NCBI GenBank assembly: GCA_022821685.1
Contig: JAJEDD010000042.1
Location: 35,071 to 99,070, forward strand
Reading direction: 5' to 3'
Origin: Acidimicrobiia bacterium
GTDB lineage: Bacteria > Actinomycetota > Acidimicrobiia > Acidimicrobiales > Aldehydirespiratoraceae
Length of the DNA: 64,000 nucleotides
The notes beneath the pieces are model-generated. The model worked only from the letters and a program-made list of their open reading frames with translations. It was not told the origin of the DNA and searched no databases. Every line of letters starts with the position of its first letter. Positions within the stretch are counted from its first letter, which is position 1. The position numbers and the translations under genes are program-made. This document shows, one piece after another, positions 1 to 10,751 of this stretch.

Positions 1-449
1 GCTGAGCGGGCCTCGTCTGTTTGGATATCGCCGTCTACCAGCTCGCCAATGAACAGGGTGTGGGTGCCCAGGTCGATGGATTGGCGTACCTCACAGTCCA
101 TCCAGGCGATCGCCTCGGCGAACACAGGCGCGCCGGTGGCCGCTTCCCGCACCGCCCGGCCGTTGAGGGTTCCGTCGGCGTAAGTGGCCGGCTTGGAGAA
201 CTTCACGAACACCCGGGTGTCTTCCGAATCCCAGAGGTTGACGGTAAACGAGCCCCCCTGCGAGATGAGCCGGTGCGTGACCGCCGTATTGTCCACTCCA
301 ACCCCTATGAGGACCGGCTCCATCGACAGCTGCGTGATCCAGCTCGCGGTCATGGCGTTGCGCTCGTCGCCCGAGCGCGAGCCGATCAGGGCCAGAGCGT
401 TGGGGATCTTCCAGGTCAACCGGTTCACGAGTTGGTCGTCAAGAGCCAT
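1..449 (-). CDS. Flavin reductase-like (DIM6/NTAB family) protein, 3' end truncated by window edge
   Basis: Not in ORF track; manual translation MALDDQLVNRLTWKIPNALALIGSRSGDERNAMTASWITQLSMEPVLIGV...GAPVFAEAIAWMDCEVRQSIDLGTHTLFIGEL shows family motifs NAMTxSW and GxHTLFIGE. Confidence 0.85.
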   Translation of the reverse strand, partial: MALDDQLVNRLTWKIPNALALIGSRSGDERNAMTASWITQLSMEPVLIGVGVDNTAVTHRLISQGGSFTVNLWDSEDTRVFVKFSKPATYADGTLNGRAVREAATGAPVFAEAIAWMDCEVRQSIDLGTHTLFIGELVDGDIQTDEARS

Positions 450-546
450 CGCGCCACCCTACTCGGAGGCCTGATGCGCAATCGCAGGCCCCTGTTCCGG
501 TGATCTCGGTGCGCCGCACCGACCCGCCATCATATTCGGAGGCCTG

Positions 547-1389
547 ATGCCCGACCGCCGCCCCCCTCCCGAGGTGCTGTTCATGGCCGGGGCGGTGTCG
601 CAATACCTGGGCGCGGCTGTCGCCGCGACGCTGTTCGACGAACTGGCACCGGGCGGGGTGGCGCTGCTGCGGGTGCTGGCCGCAGGATCGGTGATCGTGG
701 TGCTGCGGCGCTCCTGGCGGCGGCGCTGGCCGGTCCGCGACCTGGGCCGGGCTGCGGCCTTCGGGGTGTCGCTGGCCGCCATGAACCTGTGCTTCTACCT
801 GGCCATGGACCGGCTGCCGCTGGGCAACGCGGTAGCCATCGAGTTCACCGGACCGGTAGTGGTGGCCGCGCTCGGCGCACGGACGCTGCGCTCGGCGGGG
901 GCGCTGGCCCTGGCCGCGGCGGGCGTGCTGGTGCTGGCCGGGGTGGAGTCCGATGGCACCGCCGCGGGGGTGGGATTCGCGCTGTTGGCTGCGGCGTTCT
1001 GGGCCGGCTACATCCTGCTCGGCTACCGAGTGGCCCGCAGCCCGACCGCAGTGGACGGGCTGGGGCTGGGAATGCTGATCGGCGCGCTGGCCATCAGCGG
1101 GTTCGGGGCGGCCCCGGTGGCCGGCGCCCTGGACGCTCCGTTGCTGCTGGCGGTGGGCCTGGGCACCGGGATCCTGTCCAACGTGATCCCCTACCGGATC
1201 GATCAGACGGCGATGCGTCTCATCGACCCGCACCGCTTTGCCCTGCTCCAGGCCCTGCTTCCGGCCACCGCGACCCTGGTCGGGCTGGTTGCGCTTGCCC
1301 AGGTCCCCAGCGGCCGGGAGGGGCTGGGCATCGCCCTAGTGATCGCGGCCATCGCAGCCAGCCGTCTCAACGACCGAGCGATCAGGTGA
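547..1389 (+). CDS. EamA/RhtA-family (DMT) transporter
   Basis: 280 aa, about 10 hydrophobic segments, MNLCFYLAMDRLPLGNAVAIEFTGP motif of RhtA-like exporters; GGAGG upstream. Confidence 0.85.
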   Translation: MPDRRPPPEVLFMAGAVSQYLGAAVAATLFDELAPGGVALLRVLAAGSVIVVLRRSWRRRWPVRDLGRAAAFGVSLAAMNLCFYLAMDRLPLGNAVAIEFTGPVVVAALGARTLRSAGALALAAAGVLVLAGVESDGTAAGVGFALLAAAFWAGYILLGYRVARSPTAVDGLGLGMLIGALAISGFGAAPVAGALDAPLLLAVGLGTGILSNVIPYRIDQTAMRLIDPHRFALLQALLPATATLVGLVALAQVPSGREGLGIALVIAAIAASRLNDRAIR

Positions 1390-1429
1390 GCGAATCAGCC
1401 CCGCAGCGCCGCATGGGCCTGAGAATCAC

Positions 1430-2509
<1,080 letters not shown>

Positions 2510-2554
2510 CTACCACCCCGCAGCGCACGCGCCAGCCGACTCCACCGCGGCACC

Positions 2555-3793
2555 TCAGTAGCCGGTGGCGCGCTCGGCGGGATCCTTGTGGAGCTCGAAG
2601 GACTGGTGCAGAGCGCCGACGGCCGGCTCCATGTCGCCGGCCCGGATCACGCACGAGATGCGGATGGCAGAGGTGGAGATCATCTCGATGTTGATCCCGG
2701 CCGAGGCCAGCGTCTCGAACATCCGGGCGGCCACCCCCGGGTTGGTCTGCATGCCCGCACCGATCAGGCTCACTCGGGCGATGTCGTCGTCGGCGGCCAC
2801 ATTGTCGGCCCCCAGCTCGTCGATCAGTCCCTGCGCCACCGACCGGGCCGCGTCGAGCTGTAAGCGGGGGACGGTGAAACTGATGTCGGTGACGCCCTGG
2901 CTCGACACGTTCTGCACGATCATGTCCACATTCACGTCGCTGTCGGCCAGCGCCCGGAACAGCCGTCCGGCCACGCCGGGCTTGTCGGCCACCCCCGAGA
3001 CGGTCATCTTGGCCTCGCTGCCATCGTGGGTGACGGCAGAGATGATGGCGTGTTCCATGGCTTCCTCCCCGGTTACGGTCGTTCCCGGCATCCAGCTGAA
3101 AGCGGACCGGACATGCAGCTCCACGCCGTAAGTCCGGGCCAGCTCCACTGCCCGCATGGCCGGCTTGGGGCAGCCGCTGGCGGTCATCTCGAGCAGTTCG
3201 TCGAACGAGACCAGATCCATGCGCCGCGCCTCAGCCACGATGCGAGGGTCGGCGCTGAACACGCCGGGCACATCGGTGTAGATCTCGCAGTAGTCGGCAT
3301 CGAGGACGTGGGCCAGCGCCACCGCGGTGGTGTCGGAGCCGCCCCGGCCGAAGAAGGTCACGTCGCCGTCGCCCGACACCCCCTGCGAGCCGCCCACCAC
3401 CGGCACCAGGCCGCGCTCCACCGCCTCGACGACCCGTCGGGGGGTGATCTCCACGATCTTGGCCGCGGTGTGGGAGGCGTCGGTGCGGAAGCCGGCCTGG
3501 CTGCCGGTGAACGAGGCGGCGGGCACGCCCAAGTCGCTGAGGGCCATGGCCATGAGGGCGCAGGCCTTGCGCTCGCCGCCGGTGATGAGCATGTCGAGCT
3601 CGCGTCCCGGCGGATCGGCGGCCACATCGGAGGCCATGCGCAGCAGCTCGTCGGTCTCGCTGCCCATGGCCGACACCACCAGCACGACCTCGTCGCCGTG
3701 GTTGCGGCGGCGGGCCACATGGTCGGCCACGATCCGAATGCGATCGGGACCGGCCACCGAAGTGCCACCAAACTTCTCCACGACGCGGGCCAC
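2555..3793 (-). CDS. lysC: Aspartate kinase
   Basis: KFGGTSV, GRGGSDTTA, two ACT domains; adjacent to asd. Confidence 0.96.
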   Translation of the reverse strand: MARVVEKFGGTSVAGPDRIRIVADHVARRRNHGDEVVLVVSAMGSETDELLRMASDVAADPPGRELDMLITGGERKACALMAMALSDLGVPAASFTGSQAGFRTDASHTAAKIVEITPRRVVEAVERGLVPVVGGSQGVSGDGDVTFFGRGGSDTTAVALAHVLDADYCEIYTDVPGVFSADPRIVAEARRMDLVSFDELLEMTASGCPKPAMRAVELARTYGVELHVRSAFSWMPGTTVTGEEAMEHAIISAVTHDGSEAKMTVSGVADKPGVAGRLFRALADSDVNVDMIVQNVSSQGVTDISFTVPRLQLDAARSVAQGLIDELGADNVAADDDIARVSLIGAGMQTNPGVAARMFETLASAGINIEMISTSAIRISCVIRAGDMEPAVGALHQSFELHKDPAERATGY

Positions 3794-3889
3794 GACCGAT
3801 CAGGCTACCGGAGCCTCCAGTGGAGCCCGGCCTAGAGCGCGTGCCGAAGGTGTTGCCCGAACCCCAGTATTTCGTGGCAATCTTTGGGG

Positions 3890-4288
3890 GTGAGCGAAGC
3901 GCTCGCCGATGAGATCGTTCTGAGGGTGCCCGCGTCGGTCGAGCACGCGCGGGTCGCGCGGGTGGGAGCCGCCGCGGTGGCGCTGCGCCAGGGAATGTCG
4001 TTCACCGAGATCGACGAGCTGCGAGCCGCGGTCGATCAGGCCATCGAACTGCTGCTGGAGCAGCCCGCCGCGGGCGACGCCTCCATCGAGTGCATCTTCA
4101 GGGCGCACCGAGGATGGCTGGAGATGGAGGCGCGGCGCACCGACGAGGCTGGCGTGGCGGACACGGCCGCGGCCCGGTTCAAGAAGGCGGTCGATGCCGC
4201 CAACGTGTCGGCCAGCGTGGAGCCCGACCGGGGGTGGCTGCTGATGCGCAAGCCGGTCGGCCGCCCCGGCAGCCGCCCCGCTGCCTGA
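3890..4288 (+). CDS. RsbW-like anti-sigma factor / HATPase_c-like small protein
   Basis: LRVPAxxEHARVAR...FTEIDELRAAVDQA resembles the RsbW N-terminus; ATP-binding boxes look degenerate. Confidence 0.6.
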   Translation: MSEALADEIVLRVPASVEHARVARVGAAAVALRQGMSFTEIDELRAAVDQAIELLLEQPAAGDASIECIFRAHRGWLEMEARRTDEAGVADTAAARFKKAVDAANVSASVEPDRGWLLMRKPVGRPGSRPAA

Positions 4289-4346
4289 GTCCGAGCGGCA
4301 AGCGAGCGAAACTGGTCCATACGGGCGAGGCCGCTGCCTGAGTCCG
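4278..4346 (+). repeat. Repeat-family variant flanked by a 16-bp direct repeat
   Basis: CCGCTGCCTGAGTCCG at 4278-4293 and 4331-4346; the insert resembles the 5' part of the 14322 copy (GAGC...GCGAA...CAT..GGGCGAGGCCG). Confidence 0.7.
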
Positions 4347-4347
4347 C

Positions 4348-4785
4348 TCAGCGGCCGGTTGAGCCGAAGCCTTGATCGCCCCGCGTCGACGGGTCGAGGC
4401 TGTCCACCTCAATCAGGCGCACCTGCTGCACCGCCATCACCACCAGCTGGGCGATGCGCTCGCCCCGCCGCAAGGTGAACGGCGCCGACGAGTCGGTGTT
4501 GACCAGAATCACCTTGAGCTCTCCCCGATAGCCCGAATCGATGAGGCCGGGTGTGTTGAGGCAGGTCACGCCATGGTTGAGGGCCAGCCCGCTGCGGGGA
4601 AGCACGAAGCCCGCGCAGCCCTCCGGCAGCGAAATGGCCACGCCGGTCGGCACCAGCGCCCGGCCTCCCCCCGGAGCCAGCACGGCCGCGGTGCGGGCTA
4701 GCAGGTCGATGCCGGCGTCGCCGGGGCGGGCGTAGCCGGGCAGGGGCAGGTCGCGGTCGAGCCGCAGGATGGCAACGTCGAGCAC
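4348..4785 (-). CDS. dut: dUTP diphosphatase
   Basis: PRSGLA, GLIDSGYRGEL, ERIAQLV, RGDQGFGSTG motifs. Confidence 0.97.
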   Translation of the reverse strand: MLDVAILRLDRDLPLPGYARPGDAGIDLLARTAAVLAPGGGRALVPTGVAISLPEGCAGFVLPRSGLALNHGVTCLNTPGLIDSGYRGELKVILVNTDSSAPFTLRRGERIAQLVVMAVQQVRLIEVDSLDPSTRGDQGFGSTGR

Positions 4786-4919
4786 CGGCCGAGATTAGCC
4801 GCACCGCGGCACGGCCACCTGCCCCGCCGCAGCGAACGGTCGGCCCAGCACGGCCACCGACGAACAGGCCCGGCCGCCTCTATCGGCGCGCCGCTGCGGG
4901 GCCTCGTTATCCTGCCGCG

Positions 4920-5462
4920 GTGCTTGTGTGGATGGACTTGGAGATGACCGGGCTCGATCCCGAAATCCACTCCATCGTCGAGATCGCCGTCCTCGTCACC
5001 GACGACGACCTGGAGCTGGTGGCCCGCGGCCCCGACCTCATCGTCCATCAGCCCGACGAGGCGCTGAACCGGATGGACGACACCGTGCGGGCCATGCACA
5101 CCGACAGCGGGCTGCTCGACGAGATCAAGGCCTCGACCGTGACTCTGGCCGAAGCCGGCTCGGCGGTGCTCGCCTTCCTGCAGGCCCACATCACCGAGCC
5201 CCGCACCGTGCCGCTGTGCGGCAACTCCATCGGCACCGACCGCCGGTTCCTGGCCCGGCACCTCCCCGAGATCGAGGATTTCCTCCACTACCGCTCGATC
5301 GACGTGTCGACCGTGAAGGAGCTTGCCCGCCGCTGGCAGCCGGCGGTTTACGAGGGCGCGCCGGCCAAGGCTGAGGGCCACCGCGCCCTCGACGACATTC
5401 TGGAGAGCCTCGAGGAGCTGCGCTGGTACCGCCGGGCCGGATTCATCGGCACCGGGCCATGA
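4920..5462 (+). CDS. orn: Oligoribonuclease
   Basis: WMDLEMTGL, CGNSIGTDRRFL, HYRSIDVSTVKEL, HRALDDI motifs. Confidence 0.97.
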   Translation: MLVWMDLEMTGLDPEIHSIVEIAVLVTDDDLELVARGPDLIVHQPDEALNRMDDTVRAMHTDSGLLDEIKASTVTLAEAGSAVLAFLQAHITEPRTVPLCGNSIGTDRRFLARHLPEIEDFLHYRSIDVSTVKELARRWQPAVYEGAPAKAEGHRALDDILESLEELRWYRRAGFIGTGP

Positions 5463-6550
5463 CCACCGCCACGTACACCCGCCAGGAGCAGGAGCCCGCC
5501 TCCTCAGAGGTGACCGAGGTGGCGCCGGGCGTGCTGCGGCTGCAGCTGCCCGTCGACATGCCGGGCCTCGGCCACGTCAACTGCTACGCCCTGATCGACT
5601 CCGCCGGCGCCGCGTTGGTGGATCCCGGACTGCCCGGCGAAGAGTCGTGGTCGGCGCTGAACGACCGGCTCAAGCAGGCCGGCATCCCGCTGCGGCGGGT
5701 TCACACCGTGATCGTCACCCACTCCCACCCCGACCACTTCGGGGGCAGCCACCAGCTGCGGTCCGAGACCGGCGCCGAGCTGCTGGCCCACACCGACTTC
5801 ACCAACCACCACGCAGCCGAAGCCGCCAACGCCGACATCGACCTGGAGCTGCTGGAGCTGGATCCCGAGGCGCTGATCGAGCTTTGGAAGGCCAAGCTGC
5901 AGGACCGGGGCGTCACCCCCTGGGGGACCCGGCGCGAACCGCCGCCCGACGAGTTCATCCGGCGGTTCATCCAGACCGGCGCCGCGGGCAGCCTGCCCCG
6001 CTTCAGGGTGCCGGAGCCGACCATCCGCCTCACCGACGACGACCGAGTGCGGCTGGCCGGGCGGGACTGGTTCGCGATCTACACGCCCGGCCACACCGCC
6101 GACCACCTGTGCCTGTGGGATCCGGCCGAGGGCGTGCTGCTGGCCGGCGACCACGTGCTGCCGACCATCACGCCCCACATCGCGGGCTCGACCGATCTGG
6201 ACGATCCGCTGGCCGCGTTCTTCGCTTCGCTGGAGCGGGTGGGCGCATTCGAGGGGGTGAAGGTGTGCCTGCCCGCCCACGGCCACCCCTTCTGCGACCT
6301 GCGGGGGCGCACCGACGGCATCCGTCGGCACCACCGCGATCGGCTGGACCGGCTCCGGGCGGCAACCGCCGAGTTGGGCCGTGCTCCGGTGGGGGCCTAC
6401 ATGAAGGAGCTGTTCTCCGAGCGGGCCTGGGGCGACATGGCCGCCAGCGAGACGTTCGCCCATCTGGAGCACCTGCGGGTGCTCGGCGAGATCGATAGCA
6501 GCCGCGACCACAACGGGCTACTGCACTACCAGCCCAGCCCGCAAAACTGA
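5459..6550 (+). CDS. MBL-fold metallo-hydrolase
   Basis: THSHPDHFG, PGHT, GDHVLP, PAHG motifs; ATGA-coupled to orn. Confidence 0.9.
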   Translation: MTTATYTRQEQEPASSEVTEVAPGVLRLQLPVDMPGLGHVNCYALIDSAGAALVDPGLPGEESWSALNDRLKQAGIPLRRVHTVIVTHSHPDHFGGSHQLRSETGAELLAHTDFTNHHAAEAANADIDLELLELDPEALIELWKAKLQDRGVTPWGTRREPPPDEFIRRFIQTGAAGSLPRFRVPEPTIRLTDDDRVRLAGRDWFAIYTPGHTADHLCLWDPAEGVLLAGDHVLPTITPHIAGSTDLDDPLAAFFASLERVGAFEGVKVCLPAHGHPFCDLRGRTDGIRRHHRDRLDRLRAATAELGRAPVGAYMKELFSERAWGDMAASETFAHLEHLRVLGEIDSSRDHNGLLHYQPSPQN

Positions 6551-6574
6551 TCGCAGAGCGCCGGTAGCAGGGCA

Positions 6575-7204
6575 ATGACAGCTGAGAGCGAGCACCCGAG
6601 CCGCGGCAACCGGGCTCGCCTGGCGATTGGCCTGGCCGTGGCTGCAGCCGCAACCGCGGTCGCCTTCGTGGCCGAGGGCGTCCTCTCGTCGGAGGATCAC
6701 GACGACACGGCTGTGACCGTCTCCGCTGACGGCCGGCTGGGCGCAGAGACCGCCGCTCCGTCTGGGGATCCCGGCGCAACGAGCCTGTCCGAGTTGACCT
6801 TCGACCGCTTCGACGGCAGCACCGGCAGCATCGCCGACTACGCGGGCGCGCCGCTGGTGGTGAACTTCTTCGCGTCGTGGTGCCCGCCCTGCGTGAGGGA
6901 GATGCCGGAGTTCCAGGAGGTCTTCGAGAGCCTCGAAGGCCGGGTGGCCTTCCTCGGGCTCTCGCAGGACTCAGCCGCGCAGGATGCTCTCAACCTGGTG
7001 GACACCACCGGCGTAACCTACGACGTGGGCTGGGATCTCGACCTCGAGGTCTACAAGGCCACCGGGAGCATCGCCATGCCCACCACCGCCTTCGTCTCGC
7101 CCTCCGGGGAACTGCTCGACACCTTCGCCGGGGTGCTCGACGCCGAATCGTTGGCTGAGCGCATCAACGACTCGCTCGGCGTGGCGGCCGGGGCACCGGC
7201 TTAG
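6575..7204 (+). CDS. TlpA/ResA-family thiol-disulfide oxidoreductase
   Basis: N-terminal TM anchor, NFFASWCPPCVREMP, cis-Pro MPTT. Confidence 0.9.
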   Translation: MTAESEHPSRGNRARLAIGLAVAAAATAVAFVAEGVLSSEDHDDTAVTVSADGRLGAETAAPSGDPGATSLSELTFDRFDGSTGSIADYAGAPLVVNFFASWCPPCVREMPEFQEVFESLEGRVAFLGLSQDSAAQDALNLVDTTGVTYDVGWDLDLEVYKATGSIAMPTTAFVSPSGELLDTFAGVLDAESLAERINDSLGVAAGAPA

Positions 7205-7208
7205 CAAC

Positions 7209-8318
7209 GTGGACTGGGCCTCCCTCGCCTACCCCTTCTCGCTGGGGCTGGTGGCCGCCTTCAACCCGTGCGGCTTCGCCCTGCTGCCCGCCTACCTGGG
7301 CTACTTCATCGGGGTGGAGCAGTCCGGCGAGCAGCCAAGCTCGGGCGCCAAGGCGCTGGGCTCGATGGTGCGGGCCATGGTGGTGGCCCTCACGCTCACC
7401 GCCGGCTTCGTGTTGGTGTTCGGCGCTTTCGGCGCGCTGTTCGAGACCGTGCTCAGCCAGGGCACCGTGCTCGACCACATCGGCTACGTGACCATCGCCA
7501 TCGGCGTGATCATGGCCGGGTTGGGCGTGTGGCTGCTGGCCGGGCGGGCCGTCAACCTGCGACTACCCAAGATGAACCGCGGGACTGGCAGTCGGGGCTT
7601 GGCGTCGGTGTTCATGTTCGGCGTCAGCTACGCGGTGGTGTCGCTGTCGTGCACCATCGGGCTGTTCATCGCCGCAGTGGCAACCAGCTTCTCGGCCGAC
7701 GGCGTGGCCAACGGCACCGCCAACTTCATCGCCTACGGCGTCGGGATGGGCGCGGTGATCACGTTCCTGACCCTGGCGTTGGCTCTGGCCCGCACCAGCG
7801 TGGTGGGCGCGATGCGCAAGATGTTCCGCTGGATCAACCCGATCTCGGGCCTGGTGCTGATCGCGTCGGGGGTCTACGTGGCCAACTACGGCTGGTGGGA
7901 GCTGCAGGTCATCGACGATCCCACCGCCAGCAACGTGCTGGTCGAGAAGTTCACCGAGTTCCAGAGCGCGGTCACCAACTGGATCGACCACGCCACCGCC
8001 GAGCGTCTCGGCGTGCTGTGCGCGCTGGGAGTGCTCGGCGCCCTGGTGCTCGGCTGGCGACAGGGCGCCACCAGCGTGTTCTGGCGCCGCACCGTGACCA
8101 CGATCTACGTGGCGCTGTACCTGGTGGTGGAGTTCTACTTCAACCGGGGCGAGTTCGTGGTGTTGCCGGTGCTGCGGTTCGTGGCGGGCTGGCCGCAGCG
8201 GGTCGGCCACTGGTTCACCGATCCGGCCCGGTTCGGGGTGCCGCTGGAGATCCTGTTCACCGCCCTGGTGGTGTGGACCGCCTGGAGCCTGCTGAGGAAG
8301 TTCTCGCGGCGAAGTTGA
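7209..8318 (+). CDS. ccdA: Cytochrome c biogenesis CcdA/DsbD-family membrane protein with C-terminal extension
   Basis: FNPCGFALLPAYL and SLSCT Cys motifs; follows the TlpA gene. Confidence 0.82.
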   Translation: MDWASLAYPFSLGLVAAFNPCGFALLPAYLGYFIGVEQSGEQPSSGAKALGSMVRAMVVALTLTAGFVLVFGAFGALFETVLSQGTVLDHIGYVTIAIGVIMAGLGVWLLAGRAVNLRLPKMNRGTGSRGLASVFMFGVSYAVVSLSCTIGLFIAAVATSFSADGVANGTANFIAYGVGMGAVITFLTLALALARTSVVGAMRKMFRWINPISGLVLIASGVYVANYGWWELQVIDDPTASNVLVEKFTEFQSAVTNWIDHATAERLGVLCALGVLGALVLGWRQGATSVFWRRTVTTIYVALYLVVEFYFNRGEFVVLPVLRFVAGWPQRVGHWFTDPARFGVPLEILFTALVVWTAWSLLRKFSRRS

Positions 8319-8336
8319 GCGGGTACCGTCACCGGC

Positions 8337-9623
8337 GTGCTGGACCTGCGACAGCTGCGAGCCGATCCCGACACTGTCAAGGCCGCCGTCGCCCGGCGGG
8401 GCGAGACTGCCGACCCACTCGACCAGGTCATCAACCACGACGAGCGCCGCCGCCGCGTGGTGAGCGAGGCCGACGAGTTGCGGGCGGAGGTCAAGCGGAT
8501 CTCCGCCGAGGTCGGAGCCCTGTTCCGCGACGGCCGAGCCGAAGAGGCTGAGGAGCTGCGGGCCCGCAGCCGCGAACTCGGCGAGCGCATCGACGAACTG
8601 TCCGCAGAGGCCGACCAGCTCTCGGAGTGGATCCGCCGGATCTTGCTGTTTGTGCCCAACACCCCGGCCGAGGACTGCCCCGACGGGTCCGGCCCTGACG
8701 ACAACGTGGTGGTGCGCACCGTCGGCTACCACCCGGACGCCTATGGCGGGCACCAGCGGACGCCGCACTGGGACATCGGCGAAGAGCTCGGCATCCTCGA
8801 CGTGGACCGGGCCGTGCGCATGTCGGGGGCGATGTTCGCCATGTACCGGGGGCTGGGGGCCCGGCTGGTGCGGGCCCTCATCGACTACGGACTGGACCGC
8901 AACCGCGACCGGTACGAGGAGATCCGGCCGCCCACGCTGGTTCGCACCGAGACGATGACCAGCACCGGCCACCTGCCCAAGTTCTCCGACGACGCCTACC
9001 ACCTCGAACGCGACGGCCTGTGGGCCATTCCCACCGCCGAGGTGCCGCTCACGTCGCTGCTGTCGGGTGAGATCGTCAACGAGGCCGACCTGCCGATCCG
9101 ACTGATGGCCCACACGTCGTGCTTCCGCCGCGAGGCGGGATCGGCCGGCCGAGACACCCGCGGGCTGCTGCGGATGCACGAGTTCGACAAGGTGGAGCTG
9201 TACGGGTTCTGCACCCCCGAGGGGGCCCACGACCTGCACGCCGAGATCCTTGAGCGGGCCGAGGGCGCCATCGCCGATCTGGGACTGGCCCACCGGGTGC
9301 TGGATCTGTGCACCGCGGATCTGGGCGCGGCCTCGGCCCGAACCTTCGACATTGAGGTGTACGCCCCGGGCGCCGATCGTTGGCTGGAAGTGTCGAGCGT
9401 GTCGTGGTGCCGCGACTACCAGGCCCGCCGGGCCGACATCCGCTACCGCCCGGCGGCGGGGGGACGAACTCAGATGGTGCACAGCCTCAACGGCTCGGGG
9501 CTGGCCGTACCCCGGGTGTGGGCCGCGCTGGTGGAGACCCACCGGCAGCCCGACGGCTCGATCTCAGTCCCCGAGGCGCTGCACCCCTACATGGGCGGCA
9601 TAACCTCAATCGCCCCGAACTGA
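8337..9623 (+). CDS. serS: Serine--tRNA ligase
   Basis: N-terminal coiled coil, IPTAEVPL, CFRREAG, EVSSVS, HSLNGSGLAVPR. Confidence 0.97.
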   Translation: MLDLRQLRADPDTVKAAVARRGETADPLDQVINHDERRRRVVSEADELRAEVKRISAEVGALFRDGRAEEAEELRARSRELGERIDELSAEADQLSEWIRRILLFVPNTPAEDCPDGSGPDDNVVVRTVGYHPDAYGGHQRTPHWDIGEELGILDVDRAVRMSGAMFAMYRGLGARLVRALIDYGLDRNRDRYEEIRPPTLVRTETMTSTGHLPKFSDDAYHLERDGLWAIPTAEVPLTSLLSGEIVNEADLPIRLMAHTSCFRREAGSAGRDTRGLLRMHEFDKVELYGFCTPEGAHDLHAEILERAEGAIADLGLAHRVLDLCTADLGAASARTFDIEVYAPGADRWLEVSSVSWCRDYQARRADIRYRPAAGGRTQMVHSLNGSGLAVPRVWAALVETHRQPDGSISVPEALHPYMGGITSIAPN

Positions 9624-9656
9624 TGTTCGAGTTGCACCACTGCCGTTTGCAATACA

Positions 9657-9833
9657 GTGAATATCCTGGACTACATGGATCACCGGGTCGCAGCGGACCC
9701 GCGCCGTATGGGCCAGCCTTTGACCGGCCCGCTCGGCAAGCTGGGGCGCTTCCAAGTTGTGTGCGACCTCCAAGACGAGGCTGTTCGTGTCTGGGTGGTG
9801 AGAATCGGCAAGAGGGATGAGGTTTATCGGTAG
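9657..9833 (+). pseudogene. Truncated RelE/StbE-family toxin remnant (58 aa)
   Basis: Manual translation MNILDYMDHRVAADPRRMGQPLTGPLGKLGRFQVVCDLQDEAVRVWVVRIGKRDEVYR; has the RelE C-terminal pattern (G.R.EVYR) but lacks the N-terminus and the RYRVGDYR segment; no antitoxin. Confidence 0.7.
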
Positions 9834-9895
9834 CAGAGCAATCGGCGGGCTGATTCCCGGCTATGGGCTGGTTCGAACGTCGTAGAGTCCTGAGC

Positions 9896-10546
9896 ATGGA
9901 TCTGGCGCAAATGCGCGAGCACTACTCCGAGGTGGGGCTCAGCGAAGCTGACGTCGCCGACAATCCGATCGTGCAGTTCAAGCGCTGGTTCGAGGAATGG
10001 GTGGCGACGAAGCCCTACGACGTCAACTCCTTCATTGTGGCGACCACCGACGCCGCGGGCTGGCCCTCGGCCCGAGCCGTGCTCTTGAAGGGCTTGGACG
10101 AACGGGGATTCGTTTTCCACACCAACCGTCGCTCAGCCAAGGGACTGGACCTGGAGGCCTCCGGCCGGGCGGCGTTGTGCTTCCTGTGGCATCCCGTCGA
10201 GCGCCAGGTGCGGGTGGTGGGCACGGTCGAGCACCTGCCCGACGACGAGAGCGACGCCTACTTCGCCTCGAGGCCCCGTGGCGCCCAAGTCGCGGCCAGC
10301 GCCTCTCCGCAGTCGCAGGTAGTCGCCAGCCGGGCCGAACTGGAGCGCCTCATCGCCAAGACGGAGGCTCGCTTCGCCCGAGACTCGGCGCCGCCAAGGC
10401 CCTCGCACTGGGGCGGCTATCTGGTGCGTCCACTGGCCGTGGAGTTCTGGCAGGGCCGGCGCAGTCGCCTGCACGACCGGCTGCGCTACCGCCGGGAGGA
10501 CTCCACAGACGAAGCGAACTGGGTGGTCGAGCGCCTCGCCCCCTGA
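9896..10546 (+). CDS. pdxH: Pyridoxamine 5'-phosphate oxidase
   Basis: PSARAVLLK, RQVRV, YFASRPR, EFWQGRRSRLHDRLRY, WVVERLAP; TAGAGT 7 nt upstream favours start at 9896. Confidence 0.96.
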   Translation: MDLAQMREHYSEVGLSEADVADNPIVQFKRWFEEWVATKPYDVNSFIVATTDAAGWPSARAVLLKGLDERGFVFHTNRRSAKGLDLEASGRAALCFLWHPVERQVRVVGTVEHLPDDESDAYFASRPRGAQVAASASPQSQVVASRAELERLIAKTEARFARDSAPPRPSHWGGYLVRPLAVEFWQGRRSRLHDRLRYRREDSTDEANWVVERLAP

Positions 10547-10611
10547 CAGGACCGGCTCAACGGTTTCGTGAGAACTTCACGCAGTGTTCACCCATGCGTT
10601 TTTTTCGCGTT

Positions 10612-10640
10612 TTGCACACCTGTGGATTACCTGCCATGAT
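10612..10640 (+). promoter_or_regulatory. Putative housekeeping-sigma promoter for the radical SAM gene
   Basis: TTGCAC-17 nt-CATGAT in an AT-richer intergenic region. Confidence 0.5.
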
Positions 10641-10751
10641 GGCCGCTCCCCATTCGACGCCGGAGACGGCACCGATACCTGTGGCCGTGCTGAGGAGCCG
10701 GCCGGGGCGGTGCATGGCCCCGGCGCCCGCTACCGGGATCAACGAACCGAT

